Below the pieces are notes generated by a model. The model was not told the origin of the DNA and did no database searches. It saw only the letters and a program-made list of their open reading frames with translations. A program made the translations under genes and the position numbers. Of a DNA stretch of 64,000 nucleotides, positions 18,619 to 29,313 are shown piece by piece (within the stretch, counting starts at the first letter, position 1; each line of letters starts with the position of its first letter). The stretch comes from an uncultured Clostridia bacterium (GTDB taxonomy: Bacteria > Bacillota > Clostridia > Christensenellales > CAG-314): positions 96,414 through 160,413 of the forward strand of contig CALVLA010000001.1 in the NCBI GenBank assembly GCA_944336125.1, written 5' to 3'.

Positions 18619-19287
18619 TCAAACGTTTTTGGAAAGTTTGACAAGGTCCTTTTTTTCACCGCAAAGCACGAGTTTGTCGTTCGCGTGAATAACGAACTCA
18701 CCTGCAGGCGAAGTGGTAATTTCTCCGTCGCGGTTAACCATAAGGACGTTGAGCTGATATTTTTGTCTGATTTTTAATTCGATGAGAGATTTTTCCGCCC
18801 AGTATTCCGGAGCCTCAACCTCAATGATTTTAAAGTCGGGAGCGATTTCGGCAAGCTCTTTCATAGTAGGCGAAGCGAGAAGAGTGCCAAGTTTGTATCC
18901 CGATTCCGCCTCAGGAAAAACAACCATGTCGGCGCCGATTTTTTGCAAAACTTTTGCATGCTGTTCGCTCTGCGCTTTGGAAACTACGTATTTGACGCCT
19001 ATTTCCTTGCAGATGAGAGTAGCCAAAATGTTTGCCTGCATATTGTTGCCGATAGCAACCACGACAACGTCCAAAGTGTCAAGTCCGAGCTGACTTACCG
19101 CGTGTTCGTCAAGGCAGTCCGCCACTACCGAGTGAGTAACGTATTCAGCTATGTCTTCGACGCGTTGCTGGTCGATATCCACTGCCAGAACCTCTTTTCC
19201 CCAAGAATAAAGCTGTTTCGCCACCGCGCTGCCGAATCTGCCGACTCCGAGTACGGCGAATTGTTTTCCGTTAGGAATGTTGTTCAT
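18619..19287 (-). CDS. ktrA: K+ uptake system regulatory subunit (TrkA/KtrA, RCK domains)
   Basis: GVGRFG Rossmann motif plus a C-terminal RCK_C domain. The start is taken at MNNIPNGK. Confidence 0.85.
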   Translation of the reverse strand: MNNIPNGKQFAVLGVGRFGSAVAKQLYSWGKEVLAVDIDQQRVEDIAEYVTHSVVADCLDEHAVSQLGLDTLDVVVVAIGNNMQANILATLICKEIGVKYVVSKAQSEQHAKVLQKIGADMVVFPEAESGYKLGTLLASPTMKELAEIAPDFKIIEVEAPEYWAEKSLIELKIRQKYQLNVLMVNRDGEITTSPAGEFVIHANDKLVLCGEKKDLVKLSKNV

Positions 19288-19298
19288 AAATCTTCTCC

Positions 19299-20651
19299 TC
19301 AACCGATAATAATTTTGCTGTCTGGATATTTGATGTTAAGTTTGTTTGCGCCTATTACCGAGTAAACGACGCAAAGGAAGCCCGCTCTGCCGAGATACAT
19401 AAGCAGGATAAGAACTATGCGACCTACTTCCGAAAGGTCATAAGTAATGCCGGTAGTAAGTCCGACGTTTGACAAAGCCGAAATACACTCAAAAAGCAAA
19501 GCGTGAATTTCGACGCCGCTTTCCGAAATGCAGAGCACCGCGAGAGCGACAATAATCGCCAAAATGTAAAAGACGAAAATAGCCACCGCTTTGTTGAAAG
19601 CTTTTTTGGAAATGCTTTTTTGCGCCATGTGGTAGTCGTCCCTGCCGCCGAAGCAGCTACGAAGGCTTGCCAGAATAACCAAAAAGGTAGCGATTTTAAT
19701 ACCGCCGCCTGTGGAAGCAGGCGAAACGCCTATGACCATAAGCAAGTCGCTGACAAGGTAACCGCCGGAAGTCAAAGCCCCCTGATCGACGGTGTTGAAG
19801 CCTGCCGAACGTGTAGTCATCGACTGAAACAGCGAAGCCAAAACCTTTTGTCCGAAAGTCAGGTTGCCGATTGTATCGGGATTGTTGTATTCCGCGATGA
19901 GAAAATAAAGCGCTCCGCCGAAAAGCAAACCGAAGCTTGCAAAGACAATCATTTTTGTATTGAAAGTGATTTTGTCTTTTTTAACCACTCTGCCGATAAT
20001 GTTCATGATTACCGAAGCGCCTATACCGCCACAGAAAATTACCGATATGGTAACTATGTTAAAAAGCGGATTATCGACAAACGGCGTCATACCCGTTCCG
20101 CCCATGAGGTCAAAGCCCGCGTTGCAAAAAGCCGCAACGGAATGGAATAACGAACGCCATATCGCAAGCCCTACTCCGCCTTCCATAGTGAGAAAGACAG
20201 GCAAAACGGCAGCGGCTCCGATAAGCTCAATGATAACGGTGACAATAAAAATGACCTTTGTGATTTTTGTGGACATTTTAATGTCGTCGTTGCCGAAACT
20301 TTCGGAAATAGAGAGTTTGTCTTTAAGGGAAATTCGTTTTCTCAAAGCCATCATCATGAGCGAAGCCAAGGTCATAAAGCCAAGGCCGCCGAACTGAATG
20401 AGCAAAAACACAACCAACTGCCCGAAAAAGTTGAAGGTAGTATAAGTGTCTACCACCACAAGACCGGTAACGCACACCGCGCTTGTCGAAGTAAACAACG
20501 CGTCGACAAGTCCTACCGAGACGCCTTCCCGTGCCGAAAAAGGCATTACGAGAAGAAAGGCTCCTATCGAAATAAGCAGGATATAACCCAGCGCGATTTT
20601 AATTGTAGGAGAAAACGGCTTGTGTTTTCTTATTATGCCACTTGCTTCCAT
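19299..20651 (-). CDS. ktrB: K+ transporter membrane subunit (TrkH/KtrB family)
   Basis: 450-aa polytopic protein with repeated selectivity-filter-like segments (TSAVCVTGL, FCNAGF, TRSAGF, SNVGLTTG). Confidence 0.85.
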   Translation of the reverse strand: MEASGIIRKHKPFSPTIKIALGYILLISIGAFLLVMPFSAREGVSVGLVDALFTSTSAVCVTGLVVVDTYTTFNFFGQLVVFLLIQFGGLGFMTLASLMMMALRKRISLKDKLSISESFGNDDIKMSTKITKVIFIVTVIIELIGAAAVLPVFLTMEGGVGLAIWRSLFHSVAAFCNAGFDLMGGTGMTPFVDNPLFNIVTISVIFCGGIGASVIMNIIGRVVKKDKITFNTKMIVFASFGLLFGGALYFLIAEYNNPDTIGNLTFGQKVLASLFQSMTTRSAGFNTVDQGALTSGGYLVSDLLMVIGVSPASTGGGIKIATFLVILASLRSCFGGRDDYHMAQKSISKKAFNKAVAIFVFYILAIIVALAVLCISESGVEIHALLFECISALSNVGLTTGITYDLSEVGRIVLILLMYLGRAGFLCVVYSVIGANKLNIKYPDSKIIIG

Positions 20652-20739
20652 GATAAAGGATTATAACAAAATAAAAAGCAAATTGCAACAAATTACGAAA
20701 CAGAATTTTCGCCCCGCTTGATAAAAACGAAGCGAAAAA

Positions 20740-21900
20740 TCAGTCAGAAACTTTAATTTTTGGTTCAAAAACCACTTTGTTGAGGTAATCGGGATTGTTT
20801 TTTGCGTATTGAGTCCACGAATTGCCGAATTTTTTAAAAAACAAATCGGCAATGTTCATATAGTCGCAGTTTCTTTCCTTGCAGCCGTTTAAAGCCGCCA
20901 AAATAAGCTTTTGAGTTTCAGCGGAAATTTGCGACACCGCATCTTTACTTATTTCCCCGTCGCTTTCTGGGAGGAAATTCACCACGTCCCCCGAAGCGTC
21001 GGTACGCTGCCTTTTGAGTTTTGCTTCAAACTCTACTTTAAAAACAGGAACTCCGTCTTCAAAAAGCGTTTCGAAAGATATTTTTTTGGAAGCTATGCCT
21101 ACCGTAATTTCACTTTCGACCCCAAACTCATTGGAAGAAGAATTAACGACAAAGGAAGCGTACGCCGACGGATTTGAAAGCAGAGCAAACCCTTTTGACT
21201 GCATTTCGTCAAGTTCCCCCGCGTATTGTCCTTTGTTAAATACGCATACCGACGAACAGTCGTAAAGCGAGGGTTTTTTCCCGTCTCCCTTTTCGTCCTG
21301 CGAAGCCGATTCTTCCTTTTTCTTTACTACGCTTAAATAGGAAGCGGAAGAAGGAGAAATTTGATTTTCGGCAAACTTTTGCAGATAATTGTTTACCCCT
21401 CCCGTTTTGTCGGAAGCGGTTTTTATTATATCCTGAAGCGCGAAAGACACAATTTGCTCAACAGGCGACGCCGATTCGAAAACGTCTTTGGCCTTTCCCT
21501 CGCAAAACGCCACAACTACGTCGTCCTTAAAGGCGTCGGAAAAAGTGAAGTAACCCAAAAAGCTCAACACGTTTACCTCCTTTATTCCCTCACCCATAAG
21601 GATAATTCCCGTCTGAGCAAGCGACGGGTCTTTGCCCGAAACTCGGTGTATATCGCCCACCGCTTCTTCGATGGTTTTTCCCTTTCCCGAAAGAAGTTTC
21701 GTGTCAGCACCGCCGCTTTGGTCCTGTCCCGAAGGCGCTACAACCTCAGCCGTTACTTCAAAGCCGCTTTGGTCTTTGTCTATGGCAAGCCCCAAAACAA
21801 CTGCTCTGTCGGCAAGTTCGTTTCGCGTATAGCTGTTGGCAAGCCACAAAGAAAGGCAAACCGCCAAAAACAACAAAATTTTTCCTGCGAATTTTTTCAT
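20740..21900 (-). CDS. Spore germinant receptor subunit C (Ger(x)C lipoprotein)
   Basis: 386 aa with a signal peptide and the GerAC-like start NELADRAVVLGLAIDK. It is the third gene of an A-B-C operon with overlapping stop/start codons. Confidence 0.8.
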   Translation of the reverse strand: MKKFAGKILLFLAVCLSLWLANSYTRNELADRAVVLGLAIDKDQSGFEVTAEVVAPSGQDQSGGADTKLLSGKGKTIEEAVGDIHRVSGKDPSLAQTGIILMGEGIKEVNVLSFLGYFTFSDAFKDDVVVAFCEGKAKDVFESASPVEQIVSFALQDIIKTASDKTGGVNNYLQKFAENQISPSSASYLSVVKKKEESASQDEKGDGKKPSLYDCSSVCVFNKGQYAGELDEMQSKGFALLSNPSAYASFVVNSSSNEFGVESEITVGIASKKISFETLFEDGVPVFKVEFEAKLKRQRTDASGDVVNFLPESDGEISKDAVSQISAETQKLILAALNGCKERNCDYMNIADLFFKKFGNSWTQYAKNNPDYLNKVVFEPKIKVSD

Positions 21901-23030
21901 TGTTCTTTCACCTCCGAAACGCGTCGGATGCTTTTTTCACCGCCGTGTTTTTTGTTTGCCGCAAAAACCAGCAAAGGCGAAAGGATAGGCACCGCATACT
22001 GCAAAAACATAGTGACGTATTTTCCTGCTCCCAAAATAAACAAATCGGAAATCATCTGCTGCACCGGCAAAATCAAAGGCGCTACAAGAACTAGCAAAGC
22101 CACCGCGGCAAAACATATGACATGCCCTTTGTTGCTGTTTATCGAAAAAGCTTTGTCAAGCGCCACCGTTGCCGCCCAAAAGTAAAGCGTTGATTTTAAA
22201 ATTATCGAGCTTAACCAAATGATTACGAAAATCCAGTCAAGTCTTCCGTAACTTGTGCCTGCGATGTTAAACCCCGAAACTTTGACCAATGCGTTTTGAG
22301 CATAAGGCGCAAGTTCTCCGAAAAGGCATAAAAATGTGATTTCAAGCATTACGGTAAGCACCGCGCCTACTAAAAAGGACACTATGAACGGAGTAAAAAA
22401 TCTTTTGCCTACCGAAACGTTTCCGAAGCAGAAAAACAAAAACAGGCAGTCCGAAAACCAAAAGGACATGTTTACGCTTCCGTCCAAAGCAGGCTTAAAC
22501 CCTTCCGACAAAAAAGGATTCAGTTCGGTAAGGTCGGTGTATTTTACCGACAGCAAAATTATGAGCAAAACCGAAATCAAAATGAACACGAAAAAAATCT
22601 GAGTAACCCTCACCGTGTTTTTAAGTCCTTTTGCCACGTTGTAGCCTATTACCAAAAGCACTGGCAAAATAAAGGCAGCCCAGTTTGTAACGACGCTAAG
22701 CGATGTGGACATAAGGTCAACGGTATCCACAAGGCCGCCTGTTATACGCAAGGTAAAAAACAAGGCGTAAAGCGTCATCAAAACTTTTGCAACGGGAGTT
22801 GAGACCGTCATGCAAAGTATTTCGTAAAAACTTTTGCCGCCGCAGTTTTTCATTGCGAAAAGAATTGCCACAAAACACAAAAAATCAACGGCAAACAGGA
22901 GCGACATACTTATCCAGCTGTCACGCCCCGCGAAGCTTGCGAGAATACCGGGAAGCGAAAGATATTTGCCGCCCGACATAACTATGACTATGAGCAGGCA
23001 AAGCTGCGTTTGTTTTACACAATTGTTCAT
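21897..23030 (-). CDS. Spore germinant receptor subunit B (GerAB/spore permease family)
   Basis: 377-aa protein with about 10 TM segments, located between the A and C subunits. Confidence 0.8.
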   Translation of the reverse strand: MNNCVKQTQLCLLIVIVMSGGKYLSLPGILASFAGRDSWISMSLLFAVDFLCFVAILFAMKNCGGKSFYEILCMTVSTPVAKVLMTLYALFFTLRITGGLVDTVDLMSTSLSVVTNWAAFILPVLLVIGYNVAKGLKNTVRVTQIFFVFILISVLLIILLSVKYTDLTELNPFLSEGFKPALDGSVNMSFWFSDCLFLFFCFGNVSVGKRFFTPFIVSFLVGAVLTVMLEITFLCLFGELAPYAQNALVKVSGFNIAGTSYGRLDWIFVIIWLSSIILKSTLYFWAATVALDKAFSINSNKGHVICFAAVALLVLVAPLILPVQQMISDLFILGAGKYVTMFLQYAVPILSPLLVFAANKKHGGEKSIRRVSEVKEQ

Positions 23031-24490
23031 TGTTTTGTCTCCTTTCCTCTGAGGGACAAATCGGCATTTCTTTTTTGGTTAAGGTCGATGAGCGACTTTC
23101 GCAAAATGGCGTCCTTTTTATCCTTTTTCACCGACGGCGAAAGAGGCGAAAGATAAGGAGTGCCGAAGTCGTCGATAGAAACGACGTAACTTACCACAAA
23201 CATAACGCCAAGTAAAATTCCCAAAATTCCGACAAGTCCGCCTATCAAAACAAAACAAAGCCTCAAAAATGAAAACAGCATCGTATTGTCAGGCATTGAG
23301 TAAAGCCCTATTCCCGACATCGCTCCGATCATAACGGCAGGCGCGCCGAGAAGCCCTGCTTTTACCGCAGCGTCGCCCAAGATAATTGCTCCCACGATAC
23401 TAAGCGACAGCCCCGCTATCTGCGGCATACGCGCGTTTGCCTCGCGCAAAATGTCAAACAAAATTATCACCACAATCATTTCCACCAAAGGGGTGAAAGG
23501 AATGCCCTGCACCGACGACAATACGGTAATCAAAAATTTGCTTGGCAAAATCTGATAATGAAAAAGCTGCAAAGCAACGTACACCGCAGGCAAAAGCACG
23601 GCGATAATCATTGAAATAAGCCTCAGCACCCTTCCGAGCGAAGCCGTGTAAGGTGTGTAGTAATAGTAGTCGTCGGGTGACTGAACGTCCTCCAAAAAAG
23701 TGTAAGGCAGAGTAAGCACGATAGGACTGCCGTCGACGATTACGGCGACTTTGCCTTCAAGCAGTTTTGACGCCACCACGTCGGGTTTTTCAAAACTTCC
23801 GACAAGCTTAAAAAGCGTTGTTTTGTCCGCGTCAAGGTAAACAGCCACGAAACTGCTGTCAAGCACCCCGTCTGTTTTGATTGTTTTTATTTTTTCGGTT
23901 ATGCTTTTGACTATTTTGTCGCTTGCCGTACCTTTGATATAGCACACAGCCACCATGGTGTTTGTTTTGTCCCCGACGGTAAAACTGTCCGCCTTGAAGT
24001 TTTCGGTTTTAAGTCTTTTTCGCAAAAGAGTGAGGTTTGTTTTTATGTTTTCGTTAAACCCCTCTCTCGGTCCTTTTGTGGAACGCGAAGTAGGCGGTTC
24101 GGCAACCGCCCTGTATTCTATTGTCTTTGTGTCGACGATTACCGCGTCATTTTCCTTTTCCACAAAAACTATTGTCTTGCCGTCCAAAAACTCGTCGCAC
24201 ACCTTGTCAAAATCGCTTTCGGTCTTGCAATCCGCGCCGAAAATAATTTTTTCCACAAGGCTCTCGGCGGAAAGCGGCTCCTTCATTTCGATGAGCGGTC
24301 TTACCACAAACTGCGTCACCTTGTCTGATGAACACATTGTATCGAGAAAAAACACGTCTACGTTCTTTCCGTTTAGCGAAAGCGTTCTGTGTTTAAGGTC
24401 GAAAAATTGCGAAAATTTTTGCAAAAAGCTGTTGGTATCCATAGCGGTAGTGTGTGAAATAAAATTAAAATAATGCGGCGGTGTTGACAC
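23027..24490 (-). CDS. Spore germinant receptor subunit A (GerAA family)
   Basis: 487 aa with a soluble N-domain followed by a TM bundle, and the pattern EPPTSRSTKGPREGFNENIKTNLTLLRKRL typical of GerA. The start is uncertain (GTG 24490 or ATG 24442), and neither has a clear SD. Confidence 0.85.
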   Translation of the reverse strand: MSTPPHYFNFISHTTAMDTNSFLQKFSQFFDLKHRTLSLNGKNVDVFFLDTMCSSDKVTQFVVRPLIEMKEPLSAESLVEKIIFGADCKTESDFDKVCDEFLDGKTIVFVEKENDAVIVDTKTIEYRAVAEPPTSRSTKGPREGFNENIKTNLTLLRKRLKTENFKADSFTVGDKTNTMVAVCYIKGTASDKIVKSITEKIKTIKTDGVLDSSFVAVYLDADKTTLFKLVGSFEKPDVVASKLLEGKVAVIVDGSPIVLTLPYTFLEDVQSPDDYYYYTPYTASLGRVLRLISMIIAVLLPAVYVALQLFHYQILPSKFLITVLSSVQGIPFTPLVEMIVVIILFDILREANARMPQIAGLSLSIVGAIILGDAAVKAGLLGAPAVMIGAMSGIGLYSMPDNTMLFSFLRLCFVLIGGLVGILGILLGVMFVVSYVVSIDDFGTPYLSPLSPSVKKDKKDAILRKSLIDLNQKRNADLSLRGKETKQ

Positions 24491-24543
24491 TTGCGAGTTT
24501 ATAAACTAAACTAAATACATAACCACACTATACGGAGAAAATT

Positions 24544-26268
24544 ATGAAGTGCATGATTTCAGCCGAAAAAAAGCGCAAACTCAAACAGACATCTCAACTC
24601 ATGGAAAACGGCGGAATGGCGGACATCGAAGTGGCTCATCTTTTCAAATACGAACCGATAGACAAAATTGCCGCCAAACTGGGAATTAAAAAGGATGAAA
24701 TCGAGCATTACGGCGACAACAAGGCAAAAATTAAACCTCGCGACGACGGCAAGCAATCCAAACTGGTGCTTGTCACCGCGGTAAACCCTACTCCTGCGGG
24801 AGAAGGAAAAACCACGGCGTCGATAGGACTTGTGGACGCGCTCGCACTTAAAGGCGTGAAAGTATGCGCCGCGCTTCGCGAACCTTCGTTGGGACCGGTA
24901 TTCGGGCTTAAAGGAGGCGCCACGGGAGGCGGTTTGTCGCAAATCATACCGATGGAAGACATAAACCTGCACTTTACGGGTGACCTGCACGCGATAACGG
25001 CAGCAAACAACCTGCTGTCGGCTTTGATAGACAACCATATTTACCAAGGCAACGAACTGAGGCTTGACAAAGACAGGATCATGTGGCGCAGAGCCACCGA
25101 CACAAACGACAGAGCGCTAAGACGCATAGGCGTAGCACTCGGCGGAACAGACGGACAGCCTCGTGAAGACGGATTTAACATCACTGCCGCAAGCGAAATT
25201 ATGGCGATGCTTTGCCTTGCGGCTGACTTACAGGACCTCAAACACAGGCTGGGAGAAATTTCCATAGGCTACGACCTTGACGGAAGGCTTGTGCACGCGA
25301 AGGAACTGGGCGGTACCGACGCCATGGCTATTTTGATGAAAGACGCCATAAAGCCTAACTTGGTACAAACGCTTGCTGGCACCCCCGTCATTGTTCACGG
25401 CGGACCTTTTGCCAACATAGCCCACGGCTGCAACAGCCTCATCGCGACAAAAACGGCGTTGAGCTACGCCGACGTGATAGTTACCGAAGCAGGCTTCGGC
25501 GCGGACCTCGGCGCGGAAAAATTTTTGAACGTAAAATGCAGGATAGGCGGTATAAGCCCCGACGCGGTAGTTATCGTAGCCACGGCAAGAGCTCTTAAAA
25601 TGCACGGCGGAGCCAAAAAGAGCGAGCTGAAAAACGAGGACCTCACCGCTTTGAAAAACGGTTTGCCTAACCTTGAAAAGCACATCGAAAACGTCACAAA
25701 ACACTTCAATCTGCCTGCAGTAGTCGCAATAAACAAATTTACCGGCGACACGAAGGCCGAAATTGACCTCATCAAAAAAGTCTGCGCTTATCACGGCGTA
25801 AAGGCAATAGAAACCGAAGTATGGGCAAAAGGCGGATACGGCGCGAAAAAACTTGCCGACGAAGTCATTAAAATTTTGGAAGGACCTAAGCAGCAGCTCA
25901 GCTTCACCTATGACGACAGCGATGAAATCGAAGTAAAAATCGAAAAAATCTGCAAAAACGTATATGGCGGAAAAGGCGTTTACTTCACCAAACAAGCGCA
26001 AAAACAAATCAACGACATCAAAAATCTCGGCTTCGGCAAACTTCCGGTAATAATTGCCAAAACCCAGTACTCACTTAGCGACGACCCGTTAAAGACCGGA
26101 CGTCCCGAAGAGTTTTACCTCACCGTGCGTGAAGTACAACTGAGGAGCGGCAGCGGCTTTATCGTCGCCGTAGCGGGAAACATCATGCTTATGCCGGGAC
26201 TTCCTAAGGTACCTGCGGCGTGCAACATGACGATTACGCAGGAAGGCGTAATTCACGGACTGTTTTAA
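24544..26268 (+). CDS. fhs: Formate-tetrahydrofolate ligase
   Basis: TPTPAGEGKTT, EPSLGPVFGLKGGATGGG, MEDINLHFTGD and the C-terminal PGLPKVPAA. ATG 24544 has a GGAG RBS. An alternative start at 24616 (MADIEVA) would match the canonical N-terminus. Confidence 0.95.
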   Translation: MKCMISAEKKRKLKQTSQLMENGGMADIEVAHLFKYEPIDKIAAKLGIKKDEIEHYGDNKAKIKPRDDGKQSKLVLVTAVNPTPAGEGKTTASIGLVDALALKGVKVCAALREPSLGPVFGLKGGATGGGLSQIIPMEDINLHFTGDLHAITAANNLLSALIDNHIYQGNELRLDKDRIMWRRATDTNDRALRRIGVALGGTDGQPREDGFNITAASEIMAMLCLAADLQDLKHRLGEISIGYDLDGRLVHAKELGGTDAMAILMKDAIKPNLVQTLAGTPVIVHGGPFANIAHGCNSLIATKTALSYADVIVTEAGFGADLGAEKFLNVKCRIGGISPDAVVIVATARALKMHGGAKKSELKNEDLTALKNGLPNLEKHIENVTKHFNLPAVVAINKFTGDTKAEIDLIKKVCAYHGVKAIETEVWAKGGYGAKKLADEVIKILEGPKQQLSFTYDDSDEIEVKIEKICKNVYGGKGVYFTKQAQKQINDIKNLGFGKLPVIIAKTQYSLSDDPLKTGRPEEFYLTVREVQLRSGSGFIVAVAGNIMLMPGLPKVPAACNMTITQEGVIHGLF

Positions 26269-26283
26269 AAGGAGGAGAAAGAT

Positions 26284-26715
26284 ATGTTTAACGAAGTTTT
26301 GGCGATACTTGCCGAATACTGGTATCTGGTTTTAATCTCGCTTGCCGTCATTGTCGCTTTTGTCGTGCTGATTGTCAAAAAAAGCAAAAAATCCGCCAGA
26401 GAAAAGCAGACGGAAGTCAAGGAAAACAGAGAAGTAAGATATTCCTCCGACCACACTCCTTTTGACGGCGATGGAGAAGAAAAAGCCACATTCACCAAAG
26501 GCGACATAGTGTTGAAAAGAGGCGTAACGCTGATTGCGGGAAGCAACGGCGACATAAAAGCGGGAAAATACACGGTACTCACCTCTATTGACGGAGTTGA
26601 GGCGTTTAACGTCAGGATCAACGGTTTCGTCAGAGAAGTCGAGCACAACGCCACGGTTATTTTGGCGGACGGCGATACGATATGTCCAGTTTCGCACACT
26701 ATAGTACTAAGATAA
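26284..26715 (+). CDS. Hypothetical membrane-anchored protein (one N-terminal TM segment plus a beta-rich domain)
   Basis: 143-aa ORF with a strong RBS (AAGGAGGAG). No family is recognisable to me. Confidence 0.5.
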   Translation: MFNEVLAILAEYWYLVLISLAVIVAFVVLIVKKSKKSAREKQTEVKENREVRYSSDHTPFDGDGEEKATFTKGDIVLKRGVTLIAGSNGDIKAGKYTVLTSIDGVEAFNVRINGFVREVEHNATVILADGDTICPVSHTIVLR

Positions 26716-26716
26716 C

Positions 26717-27385
26717 ATGTTTAAACTTCACAACAGCTGGGACGATGTGATAGGCAGCGAATTCGAAAAGCCCTATTTTTTGAAATTGTCGGAGTTTTTG
26801 CGTGAGGAATACGCAACAAAAACAATTTTTCCTCCGAAAAACTTGGTATTCTCATCGCTGAAAGCGACTCCGTACGATGAGGTGAAGGCAGTGATATTGG
26901 GACAAGACCCCTATCACGGCGTAGGTCAGGCGCACGGGCTTGCCTTTTCGGTCATGCCGGGAGTACAGCCGCCGCCAAGCCTCATGAACATTTTCAAGGA
27001 AATAAATCAAGAATACGGCACCCATCTGGGGAAAAACGGCTGTCTCATAAGCTGGGCAAAACAAGGCGTATTGCTTTTGAACGCGGCACTCACCGTAAGA
27101 CAGGGACAGGCAAACAGCCACAAAGGACAAGGCTGGGAAATTTTTACCGACGAAATAATAAAAGCCCTCAACAAGTCTGAAAAACCTATAGTATTTATGC
27201 TGTGGGGCTCAAACGCGAGGAGCAAAAAAAGTCTGATTACCAACCCGAAGCACCTTGTGCTTGAAACGGTACATCCTAGTCCCCTTTCGGCATACAACGG
27301 ATTTTTCGGCTGCGGACACTTCAAAAAGGCAAACGAGTTTTTACAAAAATTCACTCAGCCCATTGACTGGTCCTCTGCACAATGA
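26717..27385 (+). CDS. ung: Uracil-DNA glycosylase (family 1)
   Basis: VILGQDPYHG, GVLLLN and HPSPLS motifs. Confidence 0.95.
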   Translation: MFKLHNSWDDVIGSEFEKPYFLKLSEFLREEYATKTIFPPKNLVFSSLKATPYDEVKAVILGQDPYHGVGQAHGLAFSVMPGVQPPPSLMNIFKEINQEYGTHLGKNGCLISWAKQGVLLLNAALTVRQGQANSHKGQGWEIFTDEIIKALNKSEKPIVFMLWGSNARSKKSLITNPKHLVLETVHPSPLSAYNGFFGCGHFKKANEFLQKFTQPIDWSSAQ

Positions 27386-27426
27386 CAAACAAAAAAAGCG
27401 GTCTTTTGACCGCTTTTATTTTTTGT

Positions 27427-28356
27427 TTATTTGTTTTTGACAAGGTCTTTTGCTTTTGCAACGATGTCGTTTACAGTCATGTTGTACCTTGCTTTAAGCT
27501 GCGGAATTTTTCCTACTTCGCCGAACTGGTCGTAAATACCTATGCAGTCGCATTTGACAGGACAGTTTTTGGCAAGAACCTCGGTTACCGCCGAATAAAG
27601 TCCGCCGATAACGTTGTGGTTTTCAACGGTAAGCACAGCCTTTGTCTTTTTTGCAGATTTGACGATTGCTTCCTCGTCGATAGGTTTGATTGTGTGAATG
27701 TTGATTACCTCAACCGAAATGCCCTCTGCTTTAAGCATGTCCTTTGCCTGAATGGCGTCAGCCGTGCAAAGACCCGAAACAAAAATCGTGAGGTCTTTTC
27801 CGTCGCATATTTTGTCTGCCTTAAACAGGTTGAATTTGTATTTTCCGTCGGTGAACACGTCAGGAGTTTCCTTGCGGAACATTCTGATGTAACAAGGTTT
27901 TTCGCATTTTACGATTTGAGGGAGCGCTTGTCTCAATTGTTCGGCGTCGACAGGCTCGAAAATTACCATGTCGGGAATGCTTCTCAAAACCGCGATGTCC
28001 TCAAAGCTCATGTGCGAACCGCCGTTAAGTTCGGCAGCGATGCCGGGGTCTGTACCTACTATTTTAACGTTTTGCTGCGCATAAGCCACAGAAACTGCAA
28101 TCTGGTCACAAACTCTTCTGGTAGCAAAAGGAGTGAAGGTGGTTACGAAAGGAATAAATCCGTAAGCCGAAAGACCTGCGGCAACGCCTACCATGTTAGC
28201 CTCGGCGATACCTGCTTCAAATGTCCTCGAAGGGAACGCATTGTGCAAAGGCACTGTTCCGTCAGCTTTGGCGAGGTCGGCATCAATCAAAACGATTTTT
28301 TTGTTTTTGTTCATCAACCGCTCCATTTCGGCGGCAAAAACTTTTCTCATTTCCAT
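27427..28356 (-). CDS. Transketolase, C-terminal (pyrimidine-binding) subunit
   Basis: 309 aa with FEAGIAEANMVGVAAGL. It is paired with the N-terminal subunit encoded upstream. Confidence 0.88.
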   Translation of the reverse strand: MEMRKVFAAEMERLMNKNKKIVLIDADLAKADGTVPLHNAFPSRTFEAGIAEANMVGVAAGLSAYGFIPFVTTFTPFATRRVCDQIAVSVAYAQQNVKIVGTDPGIAAELNGGSHMSFEDIAVLRSIPDMVIFEPVDAEQLRQALPQIVKCEKPCYIRMFRKETPDVFTDGKYKFNLFKADKICDGKDLTIFVSGLCTADAIQAKDMLKAEGISVEVINIHTIKPIDEEAIVKSAKKTKAVLTVENHNVIGGLYSAVTEVLAKNCPVKCDCIGIYDQFGEVGKIPQLKARYNMTVNDIVAKAKDLVKNK

Positions 28357-28364
28357 AAGTCACC

Positions 28365-29168
28365 TCACTTCAACTCAGCCAAAGCCCTTTCGTAATCGGC
28401 TACGGTAAACGGCATGCTGTGGTTGCCAACCCCTACTTCCTCGATAAATTTGACGCCTTTTCCTTTGACTGTGTCGAGAATAATGGCGGTAGGTCTGGTT
28501 TTGCATTTTTTGGCTTTTTCGACAGCGGCGTCTATGGCGTCGATATCGTGTCCGTCAATGCGGATAGCGTTGAAACCGAAAGACTTGAATTTCTTTTCAT
28601 AGTCTTCCATGTTGATTATGTTTTTGGTATAGTCGTCAATTTGCATGCCGTTGTTGTCGACAAACAAAGTGAAGTTGTTGAGTTTGTTTTGTGCGGCAAA
28701 CATTACTGCTTCCCAAACCTGGCCTTCCTGGCTTTCGCCGTCGCCAATTACGCAGTAAATCCTCGCTTTTTCACGCGCCAGCTTTGCGCCGAGTGCCATA
28801 CCGACGGCACAGGAAATACCCTGTCCCAAAGAACCCGTCGTCATGTCCACGCCTGTTGTGAGGTTCATGTTGCAGTGGCTGGGAAGTTTTGTTCCTATTT
28901 TGTTGAGGGTGTTGAGTTCCTCTTTCGGAAAGTACCCGAAACTTGCCAGCGTAGCATAAAGCGCCGGTCCCGCATGCCCCTTCGAAAGCACAAGCCTGTC
29001 CCTTCCCTTCATGTGAGGGTTTTTAGGGTCGATGTTCATGTGCTTGGTGTACAGCACCGCAAGCAAGTCGGCGAGCGAAAGGCATCCGCCGATATGTCCG
29101 ACGCCGATGGAAGCAATGCATTGCATGGTGAGACTTCTGATTTCCTTACTTCTTTCGATGCAATCCAT
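28365..29168 (-). CDS. Transketolase, N-terminal (TPP-binding) subunit
   Basis: GHIGGCLS, VLSKGHAGPALY and GDGESQEGQVWEA motifs. The start is at ATG 29168, preceded by AAGGAG. Confidence 0.88.
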   Translation of the reverse strand: MDCIERSKEIRSLTMQCIASIGVGHIGGCLSLADLLAVLYTKHMNIDPKNPHMKGRDRLVLSKGHAGPALYATLASFGYFPKEELNTLNKIGTKLPSHCNMNLTTGVDMTTGSLGQGISCAVGMALGAKLAREKARIYCVIGDGESQEGQVWEAVMFAAQNKLNNFTLFVDNNGMQIDDYTKNIINMEDYEKKFKSFGFNAIRIDGHDIDAIDAAVEKAKKCKTRPTAIILDTVKGKGVKFIEEVGVGNHSMPFTVADYERALAELK

Positions 29169-29313
29169 ACTGACTCCTTTGTAAAACGCGTATTCACGCT
29201 TAATCGTCATAAAAAGTATAACATACCGAAGGTAATAAACAAACAAAATCCATAAAAAAACAGCAATGAAATTTTTTCCTTTTTAAAAAGCGGAACAAAT
29301 CGTTCCGCTTTTT

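Noticed and set aside
24544-24616. The 24-codon N-terminal extension of fhs (MKCMISAEKKRKLKQTSQLMENGG) as a separate leader peptide or regulatory uORF.
   Set aside because: It is in frame and contiguous with fhs. ATG 24544 has the better RBS, so this is most simply an alternative start-site ambiguity.
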